Counted from the first letter of the stretch, positions 37,358-46,876 are shown. The stretch: DNA of 64,000 nt from Betaproteobacteria bacterium (GCA_004298385.1 SCTX01000040.1:32571-96570); one strand, 5' to 3'. The notes: generated by a model from the sequence alone, not told the origin. Numbers and translations are program-made.

Positions 37358-38382
37358 CTCTTTACGATAGTTTTGCGGCGTCTAACGCTGGCTGAAAGCA
37401 AGAACTGTTCATATAAGTGGATGTTTTCGGAGGATATAGAGCCATCAGAACAGAGCGTTGCCAAGGCCATGCGGAAGCACTCGGCGGCGTTAGTCCCACC
37501 TAGTCCTTTTAGGCGACGAGACCAAGCGTCAGCGTTCTGATAAATTGGGATTTCTTGCTGGAAATCCCTAAGAAGGTCATGCTTGTTACGCTTCTGATAT
37601 ACGATCGGACTGGAATAGGCGACGGTTCTTTCATGTTTCCAAAGGCATGCCAAGGCTAAGTATCCGCGCAATATATCGGTTACCCGGTCTGATACCCCGA
37701 GCGGAAAGAACATCAACGGAAAAGCCTCGGAAAGCCAAAGGGTAGCCTGCGAATTAAACGGGCAAAAGGTCCCTTCCTCTAGAAAAAACATCTTCTGCCT
37801 TGAAAAATAGACAGGCTCCCCACTAACTATCCGATAGATTGCGTCCACGTCCGGGTCCGCATCTGCTAGAAATTGCATTACTCCCCACGGCTTGCGATCA
37901 AAGCCCTCCTGACCAGACGGCTTATCCTGGTTAATATACTCAATAGGGAAGCCACGCGGCCAACAACGCGGTGCTCCGAAATTAGCATAAATGTTTACCC
38001 ATCCCGCATCGCTCTTGATCCGTTCGCCAGATGCTCTATCTGCTGCTGAGAGAAGCGTGCCTATCGTGGCAGCAGCATCTCGATAGGGGATATTGTCGTC
38101 GTCAGTTTCAAAGATTGTCGTCGCCCCTCTCTGCATCGCATATAGGTATCCCAACATTTTGCGCGTATACGTATTTTCTGGAATCGCGCTTGCTAGTTCT
38201 GGAAACTCGTCATATTGTTGATCTATTCCAAGATAGGTCACGCCATCGCATTGCCACCCTTCAGGGGTTTTTCTGTCACCCACCACAATAACGTGCCAAC
38301 CTGACCAGCGTGCAAACTCGTAGATAGCCTCGCTCGGCCTGTTAATACTCGTAATAACCACGAATCGCTCTTGCTCGACCAT
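37348..38382 (-). CDS. DUF288/STELLO-like putative glycosyltransferase
   Basis: 'FVVITSINRPSEAIYEFARWSGWHVIVVGDRKTPEGW', 'RKMLGYLYAMQRGATTIFETDDDNIPY' resemble the STELLO/DUF288 pattern (recalled from memory). Confidence 0.5.
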   Translation of the reverse strand: MVEQERFVVITSINRPSEAIYEFARWSGWHVIVVGDRKTPEGWQCDGVTYLGIDQQYDEFPELASAIPENTYTRKMLGYLYAMQRGATTIFETDDDNIPYRDAAATIGTLLSAADRASGERIKSDAGWVNIYANFGAPRCWPRGFPIEYINQDKPSGQEGFDRKPWGVMQFLADADPDVDAIYRIVSGEPVYFSRQKMFFLEEGTFCPFNSQATLWLSEAFPLMFFPLGVSDRVTDILRGYLALACLWKHERTVAYSSPIVYQKRNKHDLLRDFQQEIPIYQNADAWSRRLKGLGGTNAAECFRMALATLCSDGSISSENIHLYEQFLLSASVRRRKTIVKRCV

Positions 38383-38418
38383 GCATCCACCTTTCTGAAA
38401 TATTAATGTGCAAACTAA

Positions 38419-39882
38419 TCAAGCCCGCGAGACCAGCTCGTCGTGGCGTCTCATCGACCCTTCCTTCAACATACTTCGGGCAAGCAATGCCGCCGGAATA
38501 ATGTAAATTATCCCGTACCCGATCACCGTGGCCCATACCACGCCCGGAATGCCTATCGTCCACGCCAAAACAATCTTCAGAACCAGCGCTGTGAGCGATG
38601 CTGCCCCGTAGAACACCGCCTGCTTACGCAGCAGTTTCCCGTTATTTAGAAGCACTGACATGACTCCGCCATAGCTCGCTAGCAGCATCCATCCGGCTAA
38701 AGCCGCGAGTAGACCTGAAGAAGGAACCAATTCCGGCCCCACCCACACCGCAACGATCCATTTTCCAAACACCAGCAGAGGTAGCACCGCAAGGATGCCA
38801 ATTCCCAAGCTCAGTACCAGCGCTCTCCTGAGTGCGTGCCTTACCCACGTATAGTCGCTACGCTCTAGCGCATCGCCGAAGGCGGGCCAAAGCGGGGCTA
38901 TAAAAAACTGGGCGACAAGCGCGATCGAAAAAAGCTTCTGTGCAATTGTATACTGGGCCACCGCACGGGGGCCCATAATCTGAGCGAGCACAAGGCCGTC
39001 GCTCGCGTTTCCGATCAGTGTGAACACCTGGAGGAGCAGGAACACTGAGCCTGCAGCAATAATCTTCTGACTCGCATTCCACTCAAAACTCTTCCACCTT
39101 GGAAGCAGCCACGGACGCGACCAGCAGAACTGAACAATCCAGTTGAAGCACGTGACGATCACAGGGGCGCCAGCCATCGCAAGTACCAGCCAGGGCAGAC
39201 CGGCTTCCAGATATATTCCGAGAATTACACCGCCCAGTCCGAGAATGCTTCCCGCGCACTGCCACAGGTTGCTCTGAAGGCCTTCCTGATAACCCATTTG
39301 CACGCGCTGCACGACACCCAGCGGGAGGCTGCACGCAAAACAGGCGACGAACACCGCTACCGCCGGACCAGATTCCTTTGTGGCGAGCTCCGATGTCACG
39401 TTGAATACCTTTGACCAGGGGACTATAGCGTAGACCGTACTAAATAGGGCGATTACCGCGACGCCTATGCCGAAAAGCATGAAAAACGCGCTGGACGTAT
39501 GCCTATGTGCAGCCTCACGATCATCCTTGCCGTTAGCCTCGATGATGGCGTTCATCAAGCCATTTCCCATACCCAGGTCGGCGAACGCGATAATCGCAAT
39601 TACCGAAGCAATCGTCATCCACAGCCCGTACCGTTCCGCTCCGAGGTAACCCACCGCAAGGGGCACTGAGACGAGCCCAGCCAGCAGCGCAACGACTTTC
39701 GCCAAGGCTGACGCAAGGGTGGCAAGCATAACCCGCCGATATCGTTCCCTTGAACGGCCTTCCGGTGTTGCCACGTCGAACGGCGTCAGACTCATCAACG
39801 ACCGAAGCTTTTGGCTATGGATATTGAATGAGCGCAACACCGCCACGAAGGAATTCATGGAACTAGGCCTGGAATGTGTCAA
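38419..39882 (-). CDS. Wzx-type oligosaccharide flippase (MOP superfamily)
   Basis: 487 aa, about 12-14 hydrophobic segments; 'LATLASALAKVVALLAGLVSVPLAVGYLGAERYGLW'. Confidence 0.7.
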   Translation of the reverse strand: MTHSRPSSMNSFVAVLRSFNIHSQKLRSLMSLTPFDVATPEGRSRERYRRVMLATLASALAKVVALLAGLVSVPLAVGYLGAERYGLWMTIASVIAIIAFADLGMGNGLMNAIIEANGKDDREAAHRHTSSAFFMLFGIGVAVIALFSTVYAIVPWSKVFNVTSELATKESGPAVAVFVACFACSLPLGVVQRVQMGYQEGLQSNLWQCAGSILGLGGVILGIYLEAGLPWLVLAMAGAPVIVTCFNWIVQFCWSRPWLLPRWKSFEWNASQKIIAAGSVFLLLQVFTLIGNASDGLVLAQIMGPRAVAQYTIAQKLFSIALVAQFFIAPLWPAFGDALERSDYTWVRHALRRALVLSLGIGILAVLPLLVFGKWIVAVWVGPELVPSSGLLAALAGWMLLASYGGVMSVLLNNGKLLRKQAVFYGAASLTALVLKIVLAWTIGIPGVVWATVIGYGIIYIIPAALLARSMLKEGSMRRHDELVSRA

Positions 39883-40032
39883 TGACGTCTTCGAGACACC
39901 TGGTTCGGCGATGTCCCATCCGCGGTTGCGCGTCTAGTGTTGTGCACAATGATTGGAAATGGCCTAAAGAGGCCATCAACAATCTTGGCGGCGATATTAC
40001 AGGTATATTGGAAAGTGGAAGAAAAGAGATAC

Positions 40033-40299
40033 ATGGACACCTTAAGTTTCGATACGGACATGCTCAGCTATCACGACGGATTCGCCCAAGGCGATAACGT
40101 GCATTCGTCTATCATTAAACAGGGTGAAACGGCGACACATCCTCTAGTGTCCATAATGATACCAACGTGCCGACGCCCATCTCAATTAAGAGAAGCTATT
40201 GTGTCAGCGCTTGCACAAGACACGGATATTCCATATGAGGTGGTGGTTGTTGATAACGATTCGGAAGGGATGTGTAACGTTGAGCTGAGCTCCATTTAA
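40033..40299 (+). pseudogene. Truncated GT2 glycosyltransferase (5' fragment only)
   Basis: 'VSIMIPTCRRPSQLREAIVSALAQ..YEVVVVDNDSEG' then a stop about 35 residues into the GT2 domain. Lies at the AT-rich/GC-rich boundary. Confidence 0.6.
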
Positions 40300-40324
40300 A
40301 GGGGTGGGGCTTAAGCTCGAACAC

Positions 40325-41658
40325 TTAGAAATTCACGCCAAAGAAGGCTTCAATTCTTCCGGCTACAAAATCTAACATCTCTTCACTCAAGCCTGGGTAT
40401 ACGCCGATCCAGAGAGTGTCGTTCATCACCTTGTCGGAATTATTGAGTTCGCCGTTGATGCGATAGTGCGGCCTTCGAAGTACGGCTGGCGAGTGAGGTT
40501 GCCAGCGAACAGCAGGCGCGTGCCGATCTTGTATTGATCCAGGTATTTGATCAATTCAACCCGCGCTATTCCTGCCGATTCGCGCAACGTTATCGGAAAG
40601 CCGAACCAGGATGGCTCGCTGCCTGCGGTGGCTTCCGGCAGAATCAAGGATTCCTCACACGATTGCAAACGTTCTTTGAGTAACGCGAAGTTGTGCCTCC
40701 GCGCTTTGACGAATCCTGGCAGTCGATCCATCTGTGCCAGACCGCATGCCGCCTGCATGTCGGAGATCTTGAGGTTGTAGCCGAGGTGGGAGTAGGTGTA
40801 CTTGTGGTCGTAGCCTTGCGGCAAGTTGCCGAGTTGCCAACCGAAGCGCTTGCCGCAGGTATTGTCTTTGCCGGGCGCGCAATAGCAGTCGCGCCCCCAG
40901 TCGCGGTAGGACTCGGCAATCCGCTTGAGTTCCGGATTGTTGGTGAACACCGCGCCACCCTCGCCCATGGTGATGTGGTGGGCCGGGTAAAAACTCAAGG
41001 TGCCGATGTCGCCGAAGGTGCCGACCAGTTGGCCGTTGTAGGTCGAGCCGAGGGCGTCGCAGCAATCCTCGATCAGCCAGAGATTGTATTTCCGGCACAG
41101 CGCGGTAATCACATCCAGGTTGTAGGGATTGCCCAGGGTATGGGCCAGCATGACTGCACGGGTCTTCGGACCGATCGCGGCTTCGACCTTGGCGGCGTCG
41201 ATGTTGTAGGTGCCGAGTTCGATATCGACGAAAACGGGAACTGCGCCGAATTGCAGGATGGGGTTGACCGTGGTCGGGAAACCGGCGGCTACGGCGATGA
41301 CTTCATCTCCGGGCTTGATCGCGCGCTCGCCGAGGCTGGGTGAGGTCAGGGTGGAGAACGCGACCAGGTTGGCCGAGGAGCCGGAATTGACGGTGATCAG
41401 ATAGTTCACGCCGAGAAATTTCGCCAGCCGCTGCTCGAACTCGTCATTGAAACGGCCGGTGGTGAGCCAGCCGTCTAGCGAGGCTTCGACCATGTTCTTG
41501 AGCTCGGCCGCGCCGATCAGCTTGCCGGAGGGGGGGATAGGCGTCACGCCGGCCTCGAAGGGCCGCGGCGCGTGCGCCAGCTCCGCATACTCGGTGACGA
41601 GTCCTGCGATTTGTTGTCTCAGCGCGGCAGCGCGGGGGGAATCAGACACCGGTTTCAC
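40325..41658 (-). pseudogene. rfbH: RfbH/DdhC-like CDP-6-deoxy-4-hexulose 3-dehydrase (DegT/DnrJ fold), frameshifted near the 3' end
   Basis: ORF 40426..41658 ends '..[18 protein letters not shown]'. The adjacent frame continues '[47 protein letters not shown]' (stop 40325-40327). The 1-nt shift is at about 40468-40473. Confidence 0.8.
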
Positions 41659-41708
41659 TCCCTTGCTTTACCTATTGCTCGATCTGGTCGCACGCAGCGG
41701 CGCAAACA

Positions 41709-41972
41709 TCATCGGGGGAATAGCCCGGCCTGCCCACTACGAAATAGCGTGAGGAGCGGCGAGGCATTGACTACGACCTTGTCAATCCGCATCGCGCAGT
41801 TCGTCGTCCAACTCGCCTTCGGAATATTGGAAGGGGGTAACGCAATAGCGCGATAGCGCCGTACCTGGCCGAATTCGTCTGGCGCCTGATGCAGGCTCGC
41901 GAACACGGATTCGGGAACCTGCAATACCAATTGCGTCATGCGTTTCTCCTGCCTCAACCAGGGACCGACCAC
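41709..41972 (-). pseudogene. Decayed UPF0175-like antitoxin and DUF3368 (PIN-like) toxin remnant
   Basis: 'MTQLVLQVPESVFASLHQAPDEFGQ' (antitoxin N-terminus). Another frame gives '..TPFQYSEGELDDELRDAD*' (antitoxin C-terminus). Then 'IDKVVVNASPLLTLFRSGQAGLF..*' is a toxin N-terminus of only about 25 codons. Confidence 0.45.
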
Positions 41973-42024
41973 GGTCTTTCCGGTGGAACTTGGCGCTCTT
42001 CAGTTCGACGACAAGTACCTTTGT

Positions 42025-42240
42025 TCATGGCTTATTGGCGCGATTCAGAGAGTCGGCAAGCTTGTTTGCCGCCGTGGATATTTCCTCGACAGTCATTTCA
42101 GGCAGGCCGGTTCGGCGCCACTCGGTGTAGTCAAACTTGTCCCGAGACACAGCGACAAGAAAACGCTCGGCCTCTACCAGCCCGAGTGCGCTAATCAATG
42201 CTTGCATTCCTTTCATTCGAATTTCGGCTTCAGTTTTCAT
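42025..42240 (-). CDS. Small protein downstream of the PIN gene (putative partner/antitoxin)
   Basis: ATG 42240 gives 'MKTEAEIRMKGMQALISALGLVEAERFL'; overlaps the PIN gene end by 11 nt. Confidence 0.4.
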   Translation of the reverse strand: MKTEAEIRMKGMQALISALGLVEAERFLVAVSRDKFDYTEWRRTGLPEMTVEEISTAANKLADSLNRANKP

Positions 42241-42679
42241 ACCAGTTCTCCAGAAACGCCAATGCTTCGCCCGGCAGCATGACGGGCAATCCACCGACTT
42301 CGCGCATTTTCTTGATCAGACGGTCATCCGTTGTGACTAACAGATCTGCTTTTCCTGCCATTGCAGAAGCGACATGCAACGCGTCGTAGTGGCCGATCCC
42401 GTGTTCAGACAGTTTGAGCGCCACGGAAACCACAGAACGATCTGCCATGACTACCAACACAGCAAGGGTTCGCCATTGCTGTATGGCATGGCGGTGCTCT
42501 TCGTAAGGATTGTTGCTGCATTCGAAATCAAGCGCGGCTGACCAAACGAGGTCGCATTCAGCGTCTTTTATTTTTTGCTGCAACAGTACTTTCGCCTCGG
42601 TTTCCAAACGGATTCTGGCTGGACCTTGATCGTCGTAGGGACGATTGAAACAGCACATATCAAGATAAATGCGCATCAC
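42230..42679 (-). CDS. PIN-domain protein
   Basis: 'RIYLDMCCFNRPYDDQ', 'DALHVASAMAGKADLLVTTDDRL'. Confidence 0.65.
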   Translation of the reverse strand: MMRIYLDMCCFNRPYDDQGPARIRLETEAKVLLQQKIKDAECDLVWSAALDFECSNNPYEEHRHAIQQWRTLAVLVVMADRSVVSVALKLSEHGIGHYDALHVASAMAGKADLLVTTDDRLIKKMREVGGLPVMLPGEALAFLENWYEN

Positions 42680-42818
42680 ACTCCCATGCTTTCATGTGCT
42701 GGCCGACATTGGCGATTGCGGGATACGACCCGAGCGTCAATGCATATTGTAAGGCCTGTAAGGCCGCAACGAACTACGCGCTATTTCCTGCGCGCCAACC
42801 AGATTCGACGGTAGGCCG

Positions 42819-43175
42819 TCAATGCGAATGGCTTTCCTGGTAACCGGCGATTTGTCGCAGCGACACCGTTTGCATATTGTCGCCCGAAAGCATCTGCTTA
42901 TGCCAGCGGACAATACCCGCGAGCGCGGTCGGCAGGTCCCAGCGCGGATGCCAGCCCATCCTGGCGCGGGCTTTGGCGCAGTCGAGTTTGAGGGTGTGCG
43001 CTTCGTGCGGATGCGCATTGGCATCGAGTTGCCAGGACACGCCTTCGCCCCATTGGGCGGTGAGCTGCTCGACGATCCATTGCACCGGCCGCGCGTCGGT
43101 GTCGGGCGGGCCGAAATTCCAGCCTTCGGCATAGGCCGGGCCTTCGGTGCAGAGCTTCTCGGCGAGGGTACCTGA
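42819..43175 (-). pseudogene. rfbG: CDP-glucose 4,6-dehydratase (RfbG/DdhB) C-terminal fragment
   Basis: 'LAEKLCTEGPAYAEGWNFGPPDTDARPVQWIVEQLTAQWGEGVSWQLD..HPHEAHTLKLDCAKARARMGWHPRWDL'; about two thirds of the gene (5' part) is absent. Confidence 0.7.
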
Positions 43176-43330
43176 AGAACCGCGTCCTTATTGGCTTTCC
43201 GGCAGACCGATGAATATTCCGATGGCGACAAGAGCACGCTGGATGCTGATGTTCTGGAGTTGCGGGACCGCTATACTGTCGCTGGCCCAGGCGGGCGCTA
43301 GAAGGTCTCAGACTCAGGCCGCCTGGCGCT

Positions 43331-43537
43331 TCATGCCACATCATCGGAAATGGCGGCCTTTACCTGGTTTTTCTCGGAGCGATGTTGTTCCGCGAATTTG
43401 AAACCCAATGCGCGACAATGCGCCTCGGCTGCCAAGGAATAAGCAAGCAAGTCGTTTTGAAACTGGCTAGCGAGCCGCTCGCGAATAACATGGATTTCGG
43501 CGACGATAGGGTCGTGCCGGACCGCTGATTCTTTCAT
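43331..43537 (-). CDS. Small protein (68 aa), putative partner of the adjacent PIN-like fragment
   Basis: 'HDPIVAEIHVIRERLASQFQNDLLAY'; ATGA overlap with the upstream ORF. Confidence 0.45.
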   Translation of the reverse strand: MKESAVRHDPIVAEIHVIRERLASQFQNDLLAYSLAAEAHCRALGFKFAEQHRSEKNQVKAAISDDVA

Positions 43538-43818
43538 GGTGAAACCTCCATCAATTCAAATGGCGTAACCAATTCGGGCAAAGTGTAGCCCCTCGCGGCG
43601 CACAGGCCGCGCATCACCGGCAATCGTTCCGGATTGGCGATATGGGTACAGTTCCACGTTCGCAGCACATCGATGTCGTGATAGGTGGCACATGCAACAT
43701 GCAGCGCGTCAATGCGCGCACTCGCGGGTATCGTCTCGCTGCGCGGCGGCCCTGCACGGTGATGAAAGATTGTACGACGCTTGCTTCGCATTTGGTCAGG
43801 TCCGATCGGGCAACACAC
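43534..43818 (-). pseudogene. PIN-like toxin, C-terminal fragment
   Basis: 'DALHVACATYHDIDVLRTWNCTHIANPERL..GYTLPELVTPFELM' is the C-terminal third of a family that is normally much longer. The N-terminal part of the ORF reads through repeat sequence. Confidence 0.5.
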
Positions 43819-43856
43819 AGCTCGCGCTGGCGATCTAAAGCGCAGAAACGGCCAGG

Positions 43857-44149
43857 CTAGAACCCGGCTTCACGCTGGTGACGCACGGCAAGGATTGATA
43901 TCTGACGGCCGTCAAAGCGGTACAGAACGACATACCCGCTATCGCCGGATTCAATCGGCCAGAGGTGCGGTATTCGGGGTCGGTGTCTGCCAAAGCGCGT
44001 CCAACCTCGGGCTGGTCTTGCAGAATGCGGACTTGGCTGCGTATCGCGCCGACCGCCCGACGCGCGGCGTCCTGGCTCTTCAATGCCGGGAATTGATACA
44101 GGCGATGTATGTCGGCTAGGGTCGGGCCCGTCCAGATTAACCGTGGCAT
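43857..44149 (-). pseudogene. ParE/RelE-family toxin, frameshifted
   Basis: N-terminus 'MPRLIWTGPTLADIHRLYQF..DPEYR' in one frame, C-terminus 'LWPIESGDSGYVVLYRFDGRQISILAVRHQREAGF*' in another; shift at about 43960-43972. Confidence 0.65.
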
Positions 44150-44415
44150 TCAGGCGGATTGACGTTGTTGCCAGCTTCCAACTGTGCGAGCCACGCATCG
44201 GCCTCTTCGCCGGTAACGTGCTGGCCGGTCGCCTGATAGTGTTCCCAGGCTTCTCTTCCCGCCTGCAGAAATGCCTGGCGCTTCTCCTCACGATCGACAT
44301 ATTGCTCGATTGCCTCGCGCATCAGCCAATGTGCCGACCGTTGGCGCTGGCCCGCCAACGCAGTGATCCGCTCCTTGATGGTTTCGTCCAATCGAACGCT
44401 GACGGGTGTGGTCAT
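44137..44415 (-). CDS. CopG/RHH antitoxin (ParD-like)
   Basis: 'VSVRLDETIKERITALAGQRQRSAHWLMREAIEQYV'; overlaps the toxin start. Confidence 0.7.
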   Translation of the reverse strand: MTTPVSVRLDETIKERITALAGQRQRSAHWLMREAIEQYVDREEKRQAFLQAGREAWEHYQATGQHVTGEEADAWLAQLEAGNNVNPPECHG

Positions 44416-44651
44416 TGCGTACCTCAGTGGTGTAGTGCAGGTGACTACAGCGTGTTACTTTGGCGCCGATTATGCAAATGCTATCGTCTCGCCGTTCGGC
44501 GGGCCTGCACGGTGATGAACCGTGGTACGACGCTTCCGGCACGACGTCCGCGCCAGCTATGGTTAGCGGCCAATTCTCGACTGCCAGTAGCCTGGGCGGC
44601 GACGTTGGTGTGCAACAACTTCGATGCGCAGGACATCAGACGCGACTGGAA

Positions 44652-45021
44652 TCATCCCTCAAGGGGTAGGATCCTGGCGCGGGCTCTCGCCGGATCAACC
44701 GAGATCAGTGCGCCTCGCTCCAATCCATCTTGGAAGCGACGGATCGCTGCTATTACGGCATCGCCCGCGCCTTCCGGCAGCACATTTTCGGCCCGAATTT
44801 GGATCACGCTTGGCCCGCTTGCTTGCGTCGCTGCAAGAATGGCCCCGAAATCCAGATCGTGGGTAAAGACAATGCAACCATTGCTTCGGGCTCCATTCGA
44901 GAATGGAGCGGTCGGTTGCGCGAGGATCACCAATCGCGGACCAGTGAGTCGCATCCAACCCCGCCCCCATGAAGACCTCCACCCACTTGGGTGAAAGATT
45001 CATGTCGATGAGAAATTTCAT
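44652..45021 (-). pseudogene. DUF5615 (PIN-like) toxin, frameshifted
   Basis: 'MKFLIDMNLSPKWVEVF..DRSILEW' then, in another frame, 'ARSNGCIVFTHDLDFGAILAATQASGPSVIQIR..'; shift at about 44888-44895. Confidence 0.65.
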
Positions 45022-45284
45022 CAGGAAGCGAGAGGCAGTTCTTTCTCTTCAGCACGCCAGGCCGCATAGGTCAGCGCTTCCAGCACGTCTTGCCTCTCGA
45101 TATAAGGATACGCAGCCAGCACTTCGTCAATGGTCTTGCCCGATGCCATCAATCCTACCAATGTGCCCACGGTCACCCGCATATTCCTGATGCAGGGCTT
45201 GCCGCCCATCACTTGGGGATCCATCGTAATCCGACTCAATTTCTGCACGAGGCCCTCCGTTTCGGTTTGGGTTGATATTAGCAT
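45021..45284 (-). CDS. DUF433 antitoxin-like protein
   Basis: 'ITMDPQVMGGKPCIRNMRVTVGTLVGLMASGKTIDEVLAAYPYIERQDVLEAL'. Confidence 0.7.
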   Translation of the reverse strand: MLISTQTETEGLVQKLSRITMDPQVMGGKPCIRNMRVTVGTLVGLMASGKTIDEVLAAYPYIERQDVLEALTYAAWRAEEKELPLAS

Positions 45285-45381
45285 GGGCGCCGGCGGCGCT
45301 CTTACCGGAAACCTCCGATGTGGAGGGTCTCGGGCACGCTACCGCCCTGCAACATTGTGATCACCGAGTTCGCGCCGACGC

Positions 45382-45687
45382 TTACGCCATTTTGACTGGA
45401 TGTATTTCGTCAAAGCTGATCGATATCTTTTTACCTATGGCCTTTGCCGCTTTGGCGATCGTGGACAGCGTGACCGACGAATTCGCGGGATCGAGAAGAC
45501 GATCGAGTTGGGTGCGGCTCGTGCCCATCCGGCGCGCCATTTCGCTCTTGGTGATGTGCGTTTCCGCCATCGCTTGTTCGATCATGCAGGCCAACACTTT
45601 CTTGATCGCGGCCGCCTCCACTTCCTCGAAAATCCCCTCTTCCCGGAGGAACTCGTCAAAGTCCGATCCTATGTATGGGTTGCTCAT
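45382..45687 (-). CDS. XRE-family HTH antitoxin (HigA-like)
   Basis: 'ITKSEMARRMGTSRTQLDRLLDP'; 4-nt overlap with the upstream toxin. Confidence 0.7.
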   Translation of the reverse strand: MSNPYIGSDFDEFLREEGIFEEVEAAAIKKVLACMIEQAMAETHITKSEMARRMGTSRTQLDRLLDPANSSVTLSTIAKAAKAIGKKISISFDEIHPVKMA

Positions 45688-46094
45688 TTCGTACCTCTCA
45701 TTCGTTTCAAACGATCCTTCGCAAGATCCAGATCCGGTTTCGGCGTCTTCCTGTCCTTCTTGATGAACCCATGCAGAAGCACCATCGTAGTTCCTGCCCC
45801 CAAGGGGGGACGCGCCTCCATGGCGTCGACAACGAACAGCACTCGCGCAATTCGATTGGCCAGCCGAGTGCGCACTTCCCAGATATCGCCATCGATGTGA
45901 TCAACCAGCGGTAACCCAAGAGGCCAGCCAAATTGCACGGCCTTGATATCCTCACCGATCGCCTTTTTCTCGTCCAAAGGCAACGCTTTTAACCAATTCC
46001 TGACGGGTTCAGAGCCTGACGCACCTTGCTGGAAGAACTTGACCGCCAGCTTGGGCTCGTTCTTGACTGCCTTGACCGTATTGGATTGTACCAT
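45684..46094 (-). CDS. RelE/HigB (Gp49-like) toxin
   Basis: ATG 46094; 'IWEVRTRLANRIARVLFVV..MVLLHGFIKKDRKTPKPDLDLAKDRLKRM'; contains an atypical insert 'DAMEARPPLGAGTT'. Confidence 0.65.
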   Translation of the reverse strand: MVQSNTVKAVKNEPKLAVKFFQQGASGSEPVRNWLKALPLDEKKAIGEDIKAVQFGWPLGLPLVDHIDGDIWEVRTRLANRIARVLFVVDAMEARPPLGAGTTMVLLHGFIKKDRKTPKPDLDLAKDRLKRMRGTK

Positions 46095-46320
46095 TTTAGG
46101 TGCATCTCGCCACAATTAGTTCGAATTGCGCGCGCGGAGCGTAAGGGCAGGAGCATTGCCGGCGATGAGTTCGTCGATGCGGATTTGCATTGCATTTATC
46201 AGATCCGATCCGGCACGCTACCGCCCTGCAACACACTTGCGTGTTTCGCATAGATTTTGTTCTGCCGCGGTTGCTACATCGCGTCGTTCCTGCCTTCGGC
46301 GACGACTCGCTACGCCGCTA

Positions 46321-46475
46321 TTGCCCCTCCCTCGCAGGGCGCGCGTCCCGCTGCATCCCCCAAGGGGACTTCCTTCGGGGCGTCGGGACGCCGCTCGGCG
46401 AGCGGGCAGCCATGCTGCCCGAAACCCTCGCCTCGCCCCCGGCCCTCTCCCCGCAAGCGGGGCGAGGGAGAAATT
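46321..46475. repeat. Composite REP-like palindromic element, copy A (modules a-b-c)
   Basis: a: cccgctgcatcccccaaggggacttccttcggggcgtcgggacgcc; b: gctcggcgagcgggcagccatgctgcccgaaaccc; c: tcgcctcgcccccggccctctccccgcaagcggggcgaggg. Each module contains a hairpin. Confidence 0.7.
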
Positions 46476-46864
46476 CAACTGCGCTTGCCGAGTCGGCTGA
46501 CCTCGCGCTGCAATTGCTCGATCTCCGCCTTGAGCGATTCGTATTCGGCCATTTTGCGCTTGAGAAACTGTACCGTGATGGTGGCTTTGCTCTCGATGCC
46601 CCGCGGCGTGAGCAGGTAAGCGTAGGCCAGTTTGTTGTTGCTGTTGCGAAAGTTGCGCACCTTGACCAGGCCCTTGTCGATGAGGGCATTCAGGCAGTAG
46701 TTGACCTTGCCCAGGCTGGTGCCGAGTTCGCGGGCGAGATCGCGCTGGCTCAACTCGGGCCGGGCTTCGATCAGCCGCAGCAGGCGCAGATGGGTGTCTT
46801 CCATGGACCGCTCAATCATGGCGGGCTGATTGGAGTCGGCGGCGTCTTGGAGCGTGGAGGCCAT
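46475..46864 (-). CDS. MarR-family EPS-associated transcriptional regulator
   Basis: 129 aa; '[63 protein letters not shown]'. Confidence 0.75.
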   Translation of the reverse strand: MASTLQDAADSNQPAMIERSMEDTHLRLLRLIEARPELSQRDLARELGTSLGKVNYCLNALIDKGLVKVRNFRNSNNKLAYAYLLTPRGIESKATITVQFLKRKMAEYESLKAEIEQLQREVSRLGKRS

Positions 46865-46876
46865 GGTCAGGTGTGT

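Noticed and set aside
40468-44895. Programmed ribosomal frameshifting at the rfbH, parE-like and DUF5615 shift sites
   Set aside because: I found no slippery heptamer or downstream structure at any of the three sites. Simple indels (mutation or assembly error) are the more economical explanation.
46218-46689. ORFs translating REP copies ('SPQAGRG', 'PLAGRGPGARRGFR', 'GMQRDARPAREG') here and at 49582-49963, 56033-56479 and 6371-6676
   Set aside because: The same peptides recur wherever the palindromic DNA element occurs, in both orientations. They are repeat artefacts, not genes.
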